In this document: piece after piece, positions 49,235-59,058 of the stretch | Layout of the letters: each line of letters opens with the position of its first letter | Position numbering within the stretch: the first letter of the stretch is position 1 | DNA from: an uncultured virus (IMG/VR IMGVR_UViG_2786546901_000002) | Taxonomy: Duplodnaviria; Heunggongvirae; Uroviricota; Caudoviricetes | Reading direction: 5' to 3' (one strand) | Length of the DNA stretch: 64,000 bases | Virus record (IMG/VR): IMGVR_UViG_2786546901_000002 | Translations under genes and position numbers: made by a program | The notes under the pieces: generated by a model | What the model was told of the DNA's origin: nothing | Databases searched by the model: none | The model's input: only the letters and a program-made list of their open reading frames with translations

Positions 49235-49960
49235 ATGAAAACAAGGACTTTTCAGGAAATATATGATTTCTGCCGTACGGACGATACCTACCGGAGCTAT
49301 TTCGAGGCATCGGACGAGTCCCGCATTACCGGAGCAAGGGCAAGAAAGTACTATTACGGCGACATCCGCCGAGGCCAGTGCCGCGTGGGGACATTCATCT
49401 ACCGCCAGTCGATGCGGCAGCTTGAAAGGTTCCTCGGGGGCGCAAGGCAGGACCACTACATCCATGTTGACCCGCCGGCCTGCCGGGGAGTGAGCCTCAA
49501 GGACGATATGTTCCCCGGCCAGACCGCCTATATCGTGGTACATGTCAGGAGGCAGGGTGTGCAGATTGAAATCGAACACCCGTTGCATGGTGGATGGGTG
49601 CATTTCACGGCACGCTCCCACCGTCCCTTCACCAGGGAGGGAATCATAGCCGAGGCGAAGTCCTACATTGACAGCCACATCCTGCTGGCACCGGGAAGAT
49701 ACCGGGACTTGCAGCTGGAAAATATGGTTTCCAAGGAACAGTTCCCCGCATGGTACAGGCTGTATAAAATGAGGCTGCACGACCGGGCGGAAGCCGAACA
49801 TCGGGACATGGTGGACAGATACAGGCACAGGAACGACCTTACCTACGGGGAAGCCCGTGACATGCTCGCGGCTTCGGGTATATTCTTCGACCTGAACTGC
49901 GACGAGTTCGAGCGGGACGAGATTACGGAACAATTTGTAAGACTTTGTAACAAGACATAA
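49235..49960 (+). CDS. Hypothetical protein
   Basis: 241-aa ORF. Confidence 0.6.
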   Translation: MKTRTFQEIYDFCRTDDTYRSYFEASDESRITGARARKYYYGDIRRGQCRVGTFIYRQSMRQLERFLGGARQDHYIHVDPPACRGVSLKDDMFPGQTAYIVVHVRRQGVQIEIEHPLHGGWVHFTARSHRPFTREGIIAEAKSYIDSHILLAPGRYRDLQLENMVSKEQFPAWYRLYKMRLHDRAEAEHRDMVDRYRHRNDLTYGEARDMLAASGIFFDLNCDEFERDEITEQFVRLCNKT

Positions 49961-49971
49961 TACCCAGGCAA

Positions 49972-50556
49972 ATGAATCTATATAATCAAATCAAATATAA
50001 CGGGTACCGCATCAACATCTATTATGATGATGACGCCCGAAGCCCGCGTGAAGCATATGACAATCTCGGTACGCTTTATACGGCACATCGTCGCTACCGC
50101 CCGGAGAAGGAGTTTGATGACCACTTCGATATCGACAAGGTTTTTGAAGGGCATATCGGAAATTTCCGGGAATCGTTCCTGAAGGAATATATCGCCCTGC
50201 CGGTCTACCTCTACGACCATGGCGGCATTACAATATCCACCTCGCCGTTCAGCTGCCCGTGGGATTCCGGATTTTTCGGAATCATCGCGGTACCGTTGGA
50301 CAAGGTGCGCCGGGAATACGGGTGGAAGAACATCACCGCGAAACGCAGGAAGCGGATCGAGGGATACCTGCAAGACGAAATCAGTACCCTTGACAACTAC
50401 TATACCGGGGAAGTTTTCGGGTATCGCATCATGCCGGAAAGTGACGATGACAATGAACTGGACAGTTGTTGGGGATTCTATGGTACGGAATGTATGAAAG
50501 AACTGGAAGCCGAATGCAGGCATATTATCGACGGGCAGAACAAAGCGGTAGCATAA
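49972..50556 (+). CDS. Hypothetical phage protein
   Basis: LPVYLYDHGG...FSCPWDSG...DSCWGFYG motif. Confidence 0.65.
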   Translation: MNLYNQIKYNGYRINIYYDDDARSPREAYDNLGTLYTAHRRYRPEKEFDDHFDIDKVFEGHIGNFRESFLKEYIALPVYLYDHGGITISTSPFSCPWDSGFFGIIAVPLDKVRREYGWKNITAKRRKRIEGYLQDEISTLDNYYTGEVFGYRIMPESDDDNELDSCWGFYGTECMKELEAECRHIIDGQNKAVA

Positions 50557-50589
50557 AATAGAAAAATACGCATAATAACTGGAAATACA

Positions 50590-50826
50590 ATGAAGACATC
50601 ATACGGACTTGAATTTGACACGGTAACAGAAATCAATCCTGAATGGAGCGGCTATGACAAGACGATAGCAGGATGTCACCTGGCCAATGCCAGGGTGGTC
50701 ATCGTGGATACGGAATACGGGCAACCGATAGACAATGAGCATGACCTTGAAGAAATCTACCGGATTCTCGAAAAGAAAAAGACAGGCCATACTAAAAATG
50801 AACGACATGGAAGAAAAACGAGATAA
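50590..50826 (+). CDS. Hypothetical protein
   Basis: Co-directional ORF. Confidence 0.5.
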   Translation: MKTSYGLEFDTVTEINPEWSGYDKTIAGCHLANARVVIVDTEYGQPIDNEHDLEEIYRILEKKKTGHTKNERHGRKTR

Positions 50827-51739
50827 CAAGGAAATCAGGGTACGCCTGCACCATATCGACCGTGGAAACTGCACGGAAGTGTGGGAGGTGCAGACAGAGA
50901 AGGGTAAGCCCAAACGCTATCTGGGACGTGACGACGGTTATGGACCGAAGGAGTGGTACACGCTCTGCGATGCTCCCTACGGCTATTGCGAACGCGACTG
51001 CCATGTGAGGGAGGACCTCACCCTCATTGTCTGCGACAAAGATTGGAACGAGGTGTTGCGAGACGGAACGGACAGGGAACGCTTTCCTGAAAGTTTCCCT
51101 TCACTGGATGAAGCCTGCAACGAGGCATGGAGCAAGGTCGTGAAAGTGCTTCCGCATGTCACGCACAAAGGTTTCGGGCAGTGGATCACCAAACAGTCAT
51201 TCCTCCCGCTCAGCCAGACCGAAGAATTGAATTGGCGGGATAGCTACTATGAGGAAGAAGCGAGTGAGATACTCTCACGTTTTACATGGATCGGTGAAGA
51301 GTATGCCATATTCAAGGTTACCCAGAGGCACACCAAGTGCGACGCCCAATGGTACGAGTATTACGCGGGGAAGACAAACCGGCAGGAACACGAGTGGTAT
51401 ACCCGTTTCTTCGGTTACGAGTACCATGACCGGCATATCAGCGACGTACTCCGGACACTCGGAAGGCGGTGCGACGACATCATCCGTACTGCGGTGGAAA
51501 CCCGCACGGACCACTATTACGGGCGTACGGTTTCCTGTTTCATGGACGAGTTCATCGGTTACGACCTGTCCCATGAACAGGTCCGTGACGCCAAGGAATG
51601 CAGATTGCGCAAGGCACGGGAAGACTACGACGAAGCGAACGCCTACTATTACAAACTGAAAGAGAATGAGGAAAGCATCCGTGGTATCGAATTGATGCTG
51701 CACTGCATAAGACAACAAATCCGAAAAATGAAAAGATAA
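50798..51739 (+). CDS. Hypothetical protein
   Basis: ~313-aa ORF. Confidence 0.6.
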   Translation: MNDMEEKRDNKEIRVRLHHIDRGNCTEVWEVQTEKGKPKRYLGRDDGYGPKEWYTLCDAPYGYCERDCHVREDLTLIVCDKDWNEVLRDGTDRERFPESFPSLDEACNEAWSKVVKVLPHVTHKGFGQWITKQSFLPLSQTEELNWRDSYYEEEASEILSRFTWIGEEYAIFKVTQRHTKCDAQWYEYYAGKTNRQEHEWYTRFFGYEYHDRHISDVLRTLGRRCDDIIRTAVETRTDHYYGRTVSCFMDEFIGYDLSHEQVRDAKECRLRKAREDYDEANAYYYKLKENEESIRGIELMLHCIRQQIRKMKR

Positions 51740-52085
51740 TGGCCAGAAACTACATGTAGCCAGAGTTTGGCAAATCGAATACAAATATCCGGGTATGTAT
51801 GGCGGGGGCGGTCAGGATATCTTTTATGATATCCTGACAATGTTCGAAGTTGATAACTCCGCAGAAGACGCCTATACCGATGACTTCGAAATAGCCCGTT
51901 CGGGTCTGCAGCAGCTAAGAAAACATATCTCAGAACAGGATGAAACCTTCCGGCAGAATGCCGAAGAATTTTATTCCTGCCTGGCAAAGGCCGGGATGGA
52001 CCGGGAAAAGTTTATCGAAGTACTTGATTGTCTAATCAACGGCAGTGACCAAAGCGATGCCTATGTGCATGTCTCATGGTTTTAA
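51739..52085 (+). pseudogene. Hypothetical gene with an apparent 1-nt frameshift just after the start codon
   Basis: Coupled ATG (TAATG) runs into TAG after 6 codons, while the adjacent frame is open into the 51795 ORF. Confidence 0.4.
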
Positions 52086-52356
52086 TGATATGCCATGAAG
52101 GCGTTTCGAGCAAACCTGCCGTAACATCAAACCTGTATGAAACCTAAAGATAACGGGCTGGCCAACCTTCATGACCGGAAACGTGAGGAACGCGGTTTCT
52201 GCTGCATGCAACTGATCATATTCCTTACAGACAATGGAGTGAAGAGCTGGGATGAATGGCACCGGGCGCATACCGACGCGGCCCGGGGCGAATGCAGATA
52301 CCGCAAGCGGTGCCCGGTTTATGGACGTAGCAAACATTTAATGAACAATAAATAAT

Positions 52357-52566
52357 ATGGTACTTAATATTGTAAAAAACGACCTGCCTGCCTCATGCAT
52401 TGCAGAATATGTAAGATGCGTGTTTGACAATGCCAAAGTAAACATCAAAGATGAAAATGCAGTATCCGTCGACATCGAAGTGACCGGAAAGAACGAGCTG
52501 CACTCTTTGGAAGGATTAAAAGAGTTGGAATACTATTTTAAAGATTATGACATAAGAATATGGTGA
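52357..52566 (+). CDS. Hypothetical protein
   Basis: 69-aa ORF, A-rich leader. Confidence 0.5.
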   Translation: MVLNIVKNDLPASCIAEYVRCVFDNAKVNIKDENAVSVDIEVTGKNELHSLEGLKELEYYFKDYDIRIW

Positions 52567-52625
52567 CCGCCATGCAACGGGCGGCAAACCGGAAATTGTT
52601 CAACTACAGATAAAAAACAAGCAAC

Positions 52626-53648
52626 ATGGAACAGGAAAAACCTACAAAGCCGGAAACAGACAGAACCTTTCCGGAAGACGATGACACACTTTACCGTGAA
52701 ATGACAGTGCACATGCCCCGCTGCTATTTTCCGACTTCGCTAGGCGAGAACAGTATCCTCAAATTTGCCGGAGAGGAATTCCGCCGCGTCAAGAATATTG
52801 TCTGCCGGCGCTACAACTTTAACGAGGACAAATATATCCGGGAGAACGCCGGCGTATCCCCTTTCGACTCTGTTCGAGGCAACTTCGAGCAGGAAGTGTA
52901 CAGACGTCTCCGTAAGGATTATGCGCACCTCAGTATCATCTCCATCAGAAGATCACTTATGGAGAAAATCCGCGACGCCGTGAAGAAGGAGAACAACATC
53001 ATCGGCACGTTCTACCGCAACTGCGGCGTACATTACCGGGAGGCGGAATCAGCGGAGTATGAAACCTCCCCGATAGTGGTGGTCCACAATTCCGCTTTTT
53101 ACGGATACGGCGGTTATGAAAGTGCGACCGTTTATGAACTTTTCATCGACGGGAACGGCAAACTGCTCTGCACGCTCAACGGCGAAGCCGGCGAGGATTT
53201 CGATGAGCCCATCGGACAGGTACAGACCGAGGGATTGCTTGAGATTGCCCACTGGCTGGAAGAACACGGGTTCATCTCCGCTGATGTCAATGACGACGAG
53301 ATTGTCGTATGCGAGGGGTGCGGTTCAGACAATATACAGACCCAGGCATGGGTGGATCCGAATGCCCGTACATTCATCGGTACCACGGGTATAGACCGCT
53401 ATGATAACTGGTGCGACGAATGCGAGGACCATCAGCCATTCTGTACTTTAAAAGAGTTCAAAGAACGCATGGAGGAATGGTGGAACTCGTTGGACGCAAA
53501 TCAAATGGAACAGATCACGGGTTGCCGTCAGGACAAGTGTCCGGCCGGAGACAACCATCAGGGGTTTGCCGAAACCTGCAATGAATGGTGGGAAAACAAG
53601 GGCTATGACGAGAAACGTAAAATCTGGAAAGAACATAATGACTGCTGA
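52626..53648 (+). CDS. Hypothetical protein with a Zn-ribbon
   Basis: CEGCGS...WCDEC motif. Confidence 0.6.
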   Translation: MEQEKPTKPETDRTFPEDDDTLYREMTVHMPRCYFPTSLGENSILKFAGEEFRRVKNIVCRRYNFNEDKYIRENAGVSPFDSVRGNFEQEVYRRLRKDYAHLSIISIRRSLMEKIRDAVKKENNIIGTFYRNCGVHYREAESAEYETSPIVVVHNSAFYGYGGYESATVYELFIDGNGKLLCTLNGEAGEDFDEPIGQVQTEGLLEIAHWLEEHGFISADVNDDEIVVCEGCGSDNIQTQAWVDPNARTFIGTTGIDRYDNWCDECEDHQPFCTLKEFKERMEEWWNSLDANQMEQITGCRQDKCPAGDNHQGFAETCNEWWENKGYDEKRKIWKEHNDC

Positions 53649-53650
53649 TT

Positions 53651-54187
53651 ATGATTTACAATCTTCTTAAACGCATACAGAACCTGTTGGCTTCCAAGCC
53701 GTCCGGGACAAAGGAGGAACAGGAAATCCTGAGTCTGGTCAGCCAGGCGCTTCCTGCAATGCTCAATGGGCATGATACGGAAACACTTGCCGCCAATGAG
53801 CTGCTGGTACGGATATGCCCCGACACCAAACGGCCGGTCCTCGTATGCCATAACGGCAACGGGCAGTGCCTGTGCCTGCACAATGGGACGACGGAAGAGG
53901 ATGCCGTCGACGTGGACTTATGGCTGCGTTCCAACGGTAGAGAGTGTAACGGCTACAACAAGTTGCAGGAGGCTGTCGTGGACCTTGCCTACAATGCCGG
54001 GGCGGACAACCTGTGGGAGGACAGGGACTCCCGTGCCGTCAATGCCGAGATCGTCCAGTGGGCGGAAGAATTCGAGACTGAGCATGCGGGCACTGATTGG
54101 GATGCGGAGGACTACTTCCTTGCCATCGACAGGTTTTACAAGGAAAAGACAAAACAAATGAATCCGGTTACAATACCGGCGAACTGA
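53651..54187 (+). CDS. Hypothetical protein
   Basis: Tightly packed ORF. Confidence 0.55.
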   Translation: MIYNLLKRIQNLLASKPSGTKEEQEILSLVSQALPAMLNGHDTETLAANELLVRICPDTKRPVLVCHNGNGQCLCLHNGTTEEDAVDVDLWLRSNGRECNGYNKLQEAVVDLAYNAGADNLWEDRDSRAVNAEIVQWAEEFETEHAGTDWDAEDYFLAIDRFYKEKTKQMNPVTIPAN

Positions 54188-54202
54188 AAAAATGGCAACC
54201 GA

Positions 54203-54418
54203 ATGGACAAGGAAATTGCAGAAGAAATCATCCGGGAAAACCGTTATCCGTCCGGATATGACATACAAGACTATCTGTTTGACAATGAGGATACTGTGCT
54301 TTCTCTGGAGGACGGAACGGAGCTGCTTGATGACTTCGACCTCTGGAAAGAACGTTCCGACCTCGAACTTGAAAAAATCATGGACCGGAACTACTGGTCC
54401 TCGACTGGTGGATATTAG
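54203..54418 (+). CDS. Hypothetical acidic protein
   Basis: 71-aa ORF. Confidence 0.5.
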   Translation: MDKEIAEEIIRENRYPSGYDIQDYLFDNEDTVLSLEDGTELLDDFDLWKERSDLELEKIMDRNYWSSTGGY

Positions 54419-54439
54419 ATTAAAAACAGGAATATAATT

Positions 54440-55252
54440 ATGGTAAGAGAACTTTATCAACGGCTCAGGGAATATTTCAACAACTTACCCGAACCGACAG
54501 AAGAGGAAAGACAATTTATCCGGGAGCTGAACGCCGGGTATTTCCCTATCACGTCCGTCCACCGCGATGACCTGGAAGGACAAGGTTTCGATGTGGAAAA
54601 GATCAGCGATGACGACATGCAGAATCTGGCGGAAAAGATGGCCGACGATTACTGCGAACAGTTGTTCTGGCCCAGCATGGAAATCATTGCCGGAGAAATC
54701 CTGAGTTTCCCGAAAGTAAAAACAAAAGACATTATCTGTCCGAAATGCAATTCGGAAAATATCCGTTATGATATTCACGAAAGTCGGTTCCACTGCGGCG
54801 AGTGTTCCCTGGCATGGGATGACAAGTTATATGCACTCGTGGAATTTCCCGAGGAAAGTGCTCCTTTCGAGGAAGAAGGAACCGGTTATCCGGCATGGGG
54901 AAGCGGGGAGAACGGGGCGCTTTACGTGCCCGAGGAAGACTATATACGCCATACCGGCAAATCTCCCGAACGGGACAAGTGTTACCGTGCCGTGTGTTGG
55001 CCGGACTCCCAGAAATACATGGGAACGAAAGGTTGTGAACCCATACAGGATGAAAACGGGATACGGGATTTCGGCACATCGGCATACTGGGTGCCGCTGC
55101 TTCTGACGGAAGAAGCGGCAGAGCGACGAATGGACAAGAAAAAGGTACCGGTATGCCCCGAATGTGGGGGCACAGATATTGACATTCTGAGTGACGAGGG
55201 CGTGGCCGTATGCAATGACTGCTGCCTTGAATGGCCTTACGCGGAGGATTGA
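54440..55252 (+). CDS. Hypothetical protein with two Zn-ribbons
   Basis: CPKC...CGEC and CPEC...CNDC. Confidence 0.6.
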   Translation: MVRELYQRLREYFNNLPEPTEEERQFIRELNAGYFPITSVHRDDLEGQGFDVEKISDDDMQNLAEKMADDYCEQLFWPSMEIIAGEILSFPKVKTKDIICPKCNSENIRYDIHESRFHCGECSLAWDDKLYALVEFPEESAPFEEEGTGYPAWGSGENGALYVPEEDYIRHTGKSPERDKCYRAVCWPDSQKYMGTKGCEPIQDENGIRDFGTSAYWVPLLLTEEAAERRMDKKKVPVCPECGGTDIDILSDEGVAVCNDCCLEWPYAED

Positions 55253-55254
55253 GA

Positions 55255-56016
55255 ATGGAAACGGTAGATGTTTATACGGAACGAGGCGACCTGGTCACCT
55301 GTTCCGATTGCGGCAAGGTGATGCTCCTGCCGTATGGAGCGGATAAATGTCCCGCCTGCAAGAAAGAAGGTTGCCTGGTATGGACGGACGAAAGCTTGCG
55401 GGAAGCCGACATCGACTCCCTGCTCGAGAGGCACTGTAACCTGCACCAGAAGAGCGAACTGCAACCGGAGGAGTATCTTTCACTTTCCATACTGGTGACC
55501 GAGTATATTCCATATCTGGCCGATAAACCGCAGACAGCGCGTGAAACCCTGTTCCTACTCCTTGAAACCGGCTCTCTTTTCGAGAAATACTGGCGGGATA
55601 CAAGATGCTTCCAATCCGAAAATATCTACACGCCCGCCATCAAGACACTGCTTGACAAACTGGACGTGAAACTGCGAGAGGGCGACACGATTCCGGTAGA
55701 ATACCAGGATTGCCGCTCCCTGGAGGACTTCTTCAGGGTCGTTGCCGGCGAGCGTCCGGCAAAGGAAGAGGTATCGTTTTCTTCAGATAAGGAGGGAAAC
55801 TATTATTTCAACGGACGCAAGGTCAAGGTGGAAAATTCTGACGAGTACGCCTACCGCCTGCTGAAAACCAAAATACAGACGAGCTACCGGCGTCCGGTAG
55901 ATTTTTACTTCCGCTTCCTTGCCCGTTTCGGACCATACGGAACTTATGGCAACGTGTATTACCCGAGTATCACGGACCTGATATGCAGGCGTTACCTGCC
56001 TGAAACCGCAAAATGA
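55255..56016 (+). CDS. Hypothetical protein with an N-terminal Zn-ribbon
   Basis: CSDC...CPAC. Confidence 0.6.
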   Translation: METVDVYTERGDLVTCSDCGKVMLLPYGADKCPACKKEGCLVWTDESLREADIDSLLERHCNLHQKSELQPEEYLSLSILVTEYIPYLADKPQTARETLFLLLETGSLFEKYWRDTRCFQSENIYTPAIKTLLDKLDVKLREGDTIPVEYQDCRSLEDFFRVVAGERPAKEEVSFSSDKEGNYYFNGRKVKVENSDEYAYRLLKTKIQTSYRRPVDFYFRFLARFGPYGTYGNVYYPSITDLICRRYLPETAK

Positions 56017-56085
56017 ATTCCGGAAAGGCGATGGACAACGGTTCACCGCCTTTCTTATTGTATAACTTTTTTAATATCAATCATT

Positions 56086-56985
56086 ATGGCAACAGCATTA
56101 GCAACAACGGCCGCCCCCGTGCAGTTCGATTTCCAGAACAACAACGTCGAGGTGATGACGCTCGACACGCTCCGGCGCACACACAAGGAAAATGACATCT
56201 ATGGCAACCCGCTCAAGGGAATCTACCATTACGAGGTGATAGAGCGCATGGCGGACATCTGCCAGAAACACAACCTGAATTACGAGGTGGAGGAAATCTT
56301 CGCCGCCCAGAACAAGAACAAGGCACAGCCCGGCGTGGTCGTCCTGCCCCAGGTGGAACAAAAGTACGGGGCGATGGCCGTCGAGGCGCATATCCTGCGC
56401 CGCGTTTATACGACCATCCGCATTAAGGAATGGGAAACGGACGAGCTGACCACGACGCTTGTCATCGCCTTCCATCAGGACGGCATCCAGGCGGCCATCG
56501 GCCCGTGCGTCAGGGTGTGCCACAACCAGTGCATCCTCTCCCCCGAACGCAGTGTGTCGAACTACGGGAAAGACAAAGTCACCACCGAAGAGCTTTTCGG
56601 TCGTGTAGACGAGTGGCTCTCGAACTTCGAGGTACAGATGAACGAGGACAGGGAACGCATCCGCCGCCTGAAAGCGAAAGTAATTACCCCGGTGGAGATG
56701 TACGCCTACATCGGATTGCTGACAGCATTGCGCGTATCGCATGACAGTTCCGACAAGCGTCTTTCGTCCAAGGTGGAGACCTATCCCCTGAACCAGTCCC
56801 AGATTTCCATCTTCACCGAGGACCTGCTCAAACTCACCGAAGAGAAGAAGACGCTCACGGCGTGGGATATCTATAACGTGGCAACCGAAATCTACAAGCC
56901 CGGACGTACGGACATTCCGGCCATGATTCCCCAGAACGGGGCGCTGGCCGAGCTGATGCTCTCGGAAGGGTTGCCGGAATCTTAA
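56086..56985 (+). CDS. DUF932-like protein
   Basis: VRVCHNQCI motif and C-terminal TAWDIYNVATE. Confidence 0.6.
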   Translation: MATALATTAAPVQFDFQNNNVEVMTLDTLRRTHKENDIYGNPLKGIYHYEVIERMADICQKHNLNYEVEEIFAAQNKNKAQPGVVVLPQVEQKYGAMAVEAHILRRVYTTIRIKEWETDELTTTLVIAFHQDGIQAAIGPCVRVCHNQCILSPERSVSNYGKDKVTTEELFGRVDEWLSNFEVQMNEDRERIRRLKAKVITPVEMYAYIGLLTALRVSHDSSDKRLSSKVETYPLNQSQISIFTEDLLKLTEEKKTLTAWDIYNVATEIYKPGRTDIPAMIPQNGALAELMLSEGLPES

Positions 56986-56996
56986 AAGGCTGCCAC

Positions 56997-57587
56997 GTGA
57001 CAAGAATCAAGGGACAACTGACGACAGCCGACTACCTGCCCATAGCGGAATATAACAGGCTGGTCCGCGGGCTTGAGAAGGACGGCGAGTACCTGTGGGA
57101 GACCTACTGCTGGCTGTCGTTCTGCACGGCATGCAGGGCCTCCGACGTGAGGACCCTGCGCTGGAAAGACATCTTAGGAAAAAGCACCATGACCCGCATC
57201 GAGCAGAAAACAAAGAAAAACCGCCTGATCAAGTTCAACAGGGACGTGCAGGAGAAGAACCGTTTCCTGTACGAGATGCTCGGACAACCCGCCCCCGAAC
57301 AGTACATCTTTCTCAGCCCGCGTACCGGGAAACCTTACTCGCTGGAATACATCAACAGGCTGCTCAAGGTATTCAAGGTAAGGTACAGGCTGCCGATCAG
57401 GGCATTCTCCACACATACCTTCCGCAAGACTTTCGGGCGCTATGTCTACGAGCTGATGGGACGCTCGGCCGAGGGCCTGATCCTGCTCAACCAGATATTC
57501 CGCCATTCCAACCTGGAAACCACCCGGCGCTACATCGGGCTGGCGCAGGAGGACATCGACAAAGTGTTCGATTCCATACGTCTATGA
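56997..57587 (+). CDS. Tyrosine recombinase (catalytic domain only)
   Basis: R(ASD), HTFRKTF, FRHS and TRRYIG catalytic residues; 196 aa. Confidence 0.85.
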   Translation: MTRIKGQLTTADYLPIAEYNRLVRGLEKDGEYLWETYCWLSFCTACRASDVRTLRWKDILGKSTMTRIEQKTKKNRLIKFNRDVQEKNRFLYEMLGQPAPEQYIFLSPRTGKPYSLEYINRLLKVFKVRYRLPIRAFSTHTFRKTFGRYVYELMGRSAEGLILLNQIFRHSNLETTRRYIGLAQEDIDKVFDSIRL

Positions 57588-57668
57588 GAATATTTTCAAC
57601 GATGCCCGGAACCCGAGCGGGAGGTTCCGGGCTATGCTTTATATAACATATCAAAATCAGAACTGTAA

Positions 57669-58337
57669 ATGGACACACCGATATATATCGACACATACTT
57701 CCGCGTCGAGTCCGGCTATGACGGCGGTCGCATGCCGGAAGAGAAAGCCGGACGCTTCTTCGACGAGGTAAAGCGCCTTTTCACGGAAACAGGGTTCAGC
57801 ATCAAGGAAAACAAATACAAAGACGGTTGTCCCGAGGTGTATCTCGGAAAGACATGCCTGTACTGTCATCCCCAATCGTTATCGGGCCCTGTTCTTAAAG
57901 AGCACATGGAGCTTATCGAGAAGATTCTGGCACAAGGAACGACCTTCCGGTACCTACGTACTGACACTTACGGCGAGATTCTCGACCTGACGGAGGAGGA
58001 AGAACTCGCGTATTACCACAAGACTCATGACATGACTATCGGGGGTGTCTTTCTCGACGCCTTCCGCACCAAGCGCCGGAACCTGTACAAGAGCCGGGAG
58101 CAGGTGCTGGAAATACTCGTCGAAAAGCTGCGTGTCAAGACACTCCGTGGGAAGTCCGTTTATTCGAACACCTCCCCGGCATACCGTTATATCAGGGAAA
58201 TGTACGGGAAAATGGTGTCTGAAGGACGGCTCGTCGAGGGATGCAAGCAAACCGCTTCCGGGAAACTGCCGCTCTGCCGCACGGCAACCGGCAGGGAACT
58301 GAAAATGAAAAGACGGGAAGACGACAGGACGGAATGA
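57669..58337 (+). CDS. Hypothetical protein
   Basis: 222-aa ORF. Confidence 0.6.
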   Translation: MDTPIYIDTYFRVESGYDGGRMPEEKAGRFFDEVKRLFTETGFSIKENKYKDGCPEVYLGKTCLYCHPQSLSGPVLKEHMELIEKILAQGTTFRYLRTDTYGEILDLTEEEELAYYHKTHDMTIGGVFLDAFRTKRRNLYKSREQVLEILVEKLRVKTLRGKSVYSNTSPAYRYIREMYGKMVSEGRLVEGCKQTASGKLPLCRTATGRELKMKRREDDRTE

Positions 58338-58467
58338 CACGCGGTTCCGTACCGGACATGGCCGGATACCAGTCCGAAGACTTCTGTAAATCATAATTTT
58401 CAAGCCGGACTGTCAATCGAAAGAAGGACGACCCGGCTATACTTCAACAACAAGAGATAGCACTATT

Positions 58468-59058
58468 ATGAGCATACAAATCGGAAAACTGTTGCCGGAC
58501 GGCAGTGTCCGGCACATCAAGGCGCTCCATGAGACGCTTTCAAAAGACCTTGTGAGGAAACTCCGGGTGTTCTATCCCAATGACAGACGGGTAGATGCCC
58601 TGCTGTCGCTGGGCGACATACAAAAACTGGGACCGTCACCCTATGGAAAATGGACAGGAACCGGCGATACCGTCCACTGTTTTTCAAAGATCCGTGACGG
58701 ACGGGAAACACCGCGGCAATCCGCATCACGCATCGCGGACAACGCAGACATTTTCGGCCGCATGGAGGACACGTGCCTCCTGTTCGATAACGGCAGATGG
58801 CGTGTCATGGACAAGGGAGAATACTGTGAACAGCCGCTCTTCGTCGAAGATACGCCCTCCCATGACAGCATGAAACCGATCACGGTATATGTGAACAACC
58901 ATGTCCGACTCGAAAAGATAAATACACCGCAGCACTGGCAGGGACTTGAGGAACTCGCCGAACGGGAATCCAGGATACTCTATGTCTACCGGGGGTGCCG
59001 CCTTGTGAGAATCGTCCGTTCGTCCAACCTTAAAAAGAAACTGTATGCGGCACAATAA
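58468..59058 (+). CDS. Hypothetical protein
   Basis: 196-aa ORF. Confidence 0.6.
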   Translation: MSIQIGKLLPDGSVRHIKALHETLSKDLVRKLRVFYPNDRRVDALLSLGDIQKLGPSPYGKWTGTGDTVHCFSKIRDGRETPRQSASRIADNADIFGRMEDTCLLFDNGRWRVMDKGEYCEQPLFVEDTPSHDSMKPITVYVNNHVRLEKINTPQHWQGLEELAERESRILYVYRGCRLVRIVRSSNLKKKLYAAQ

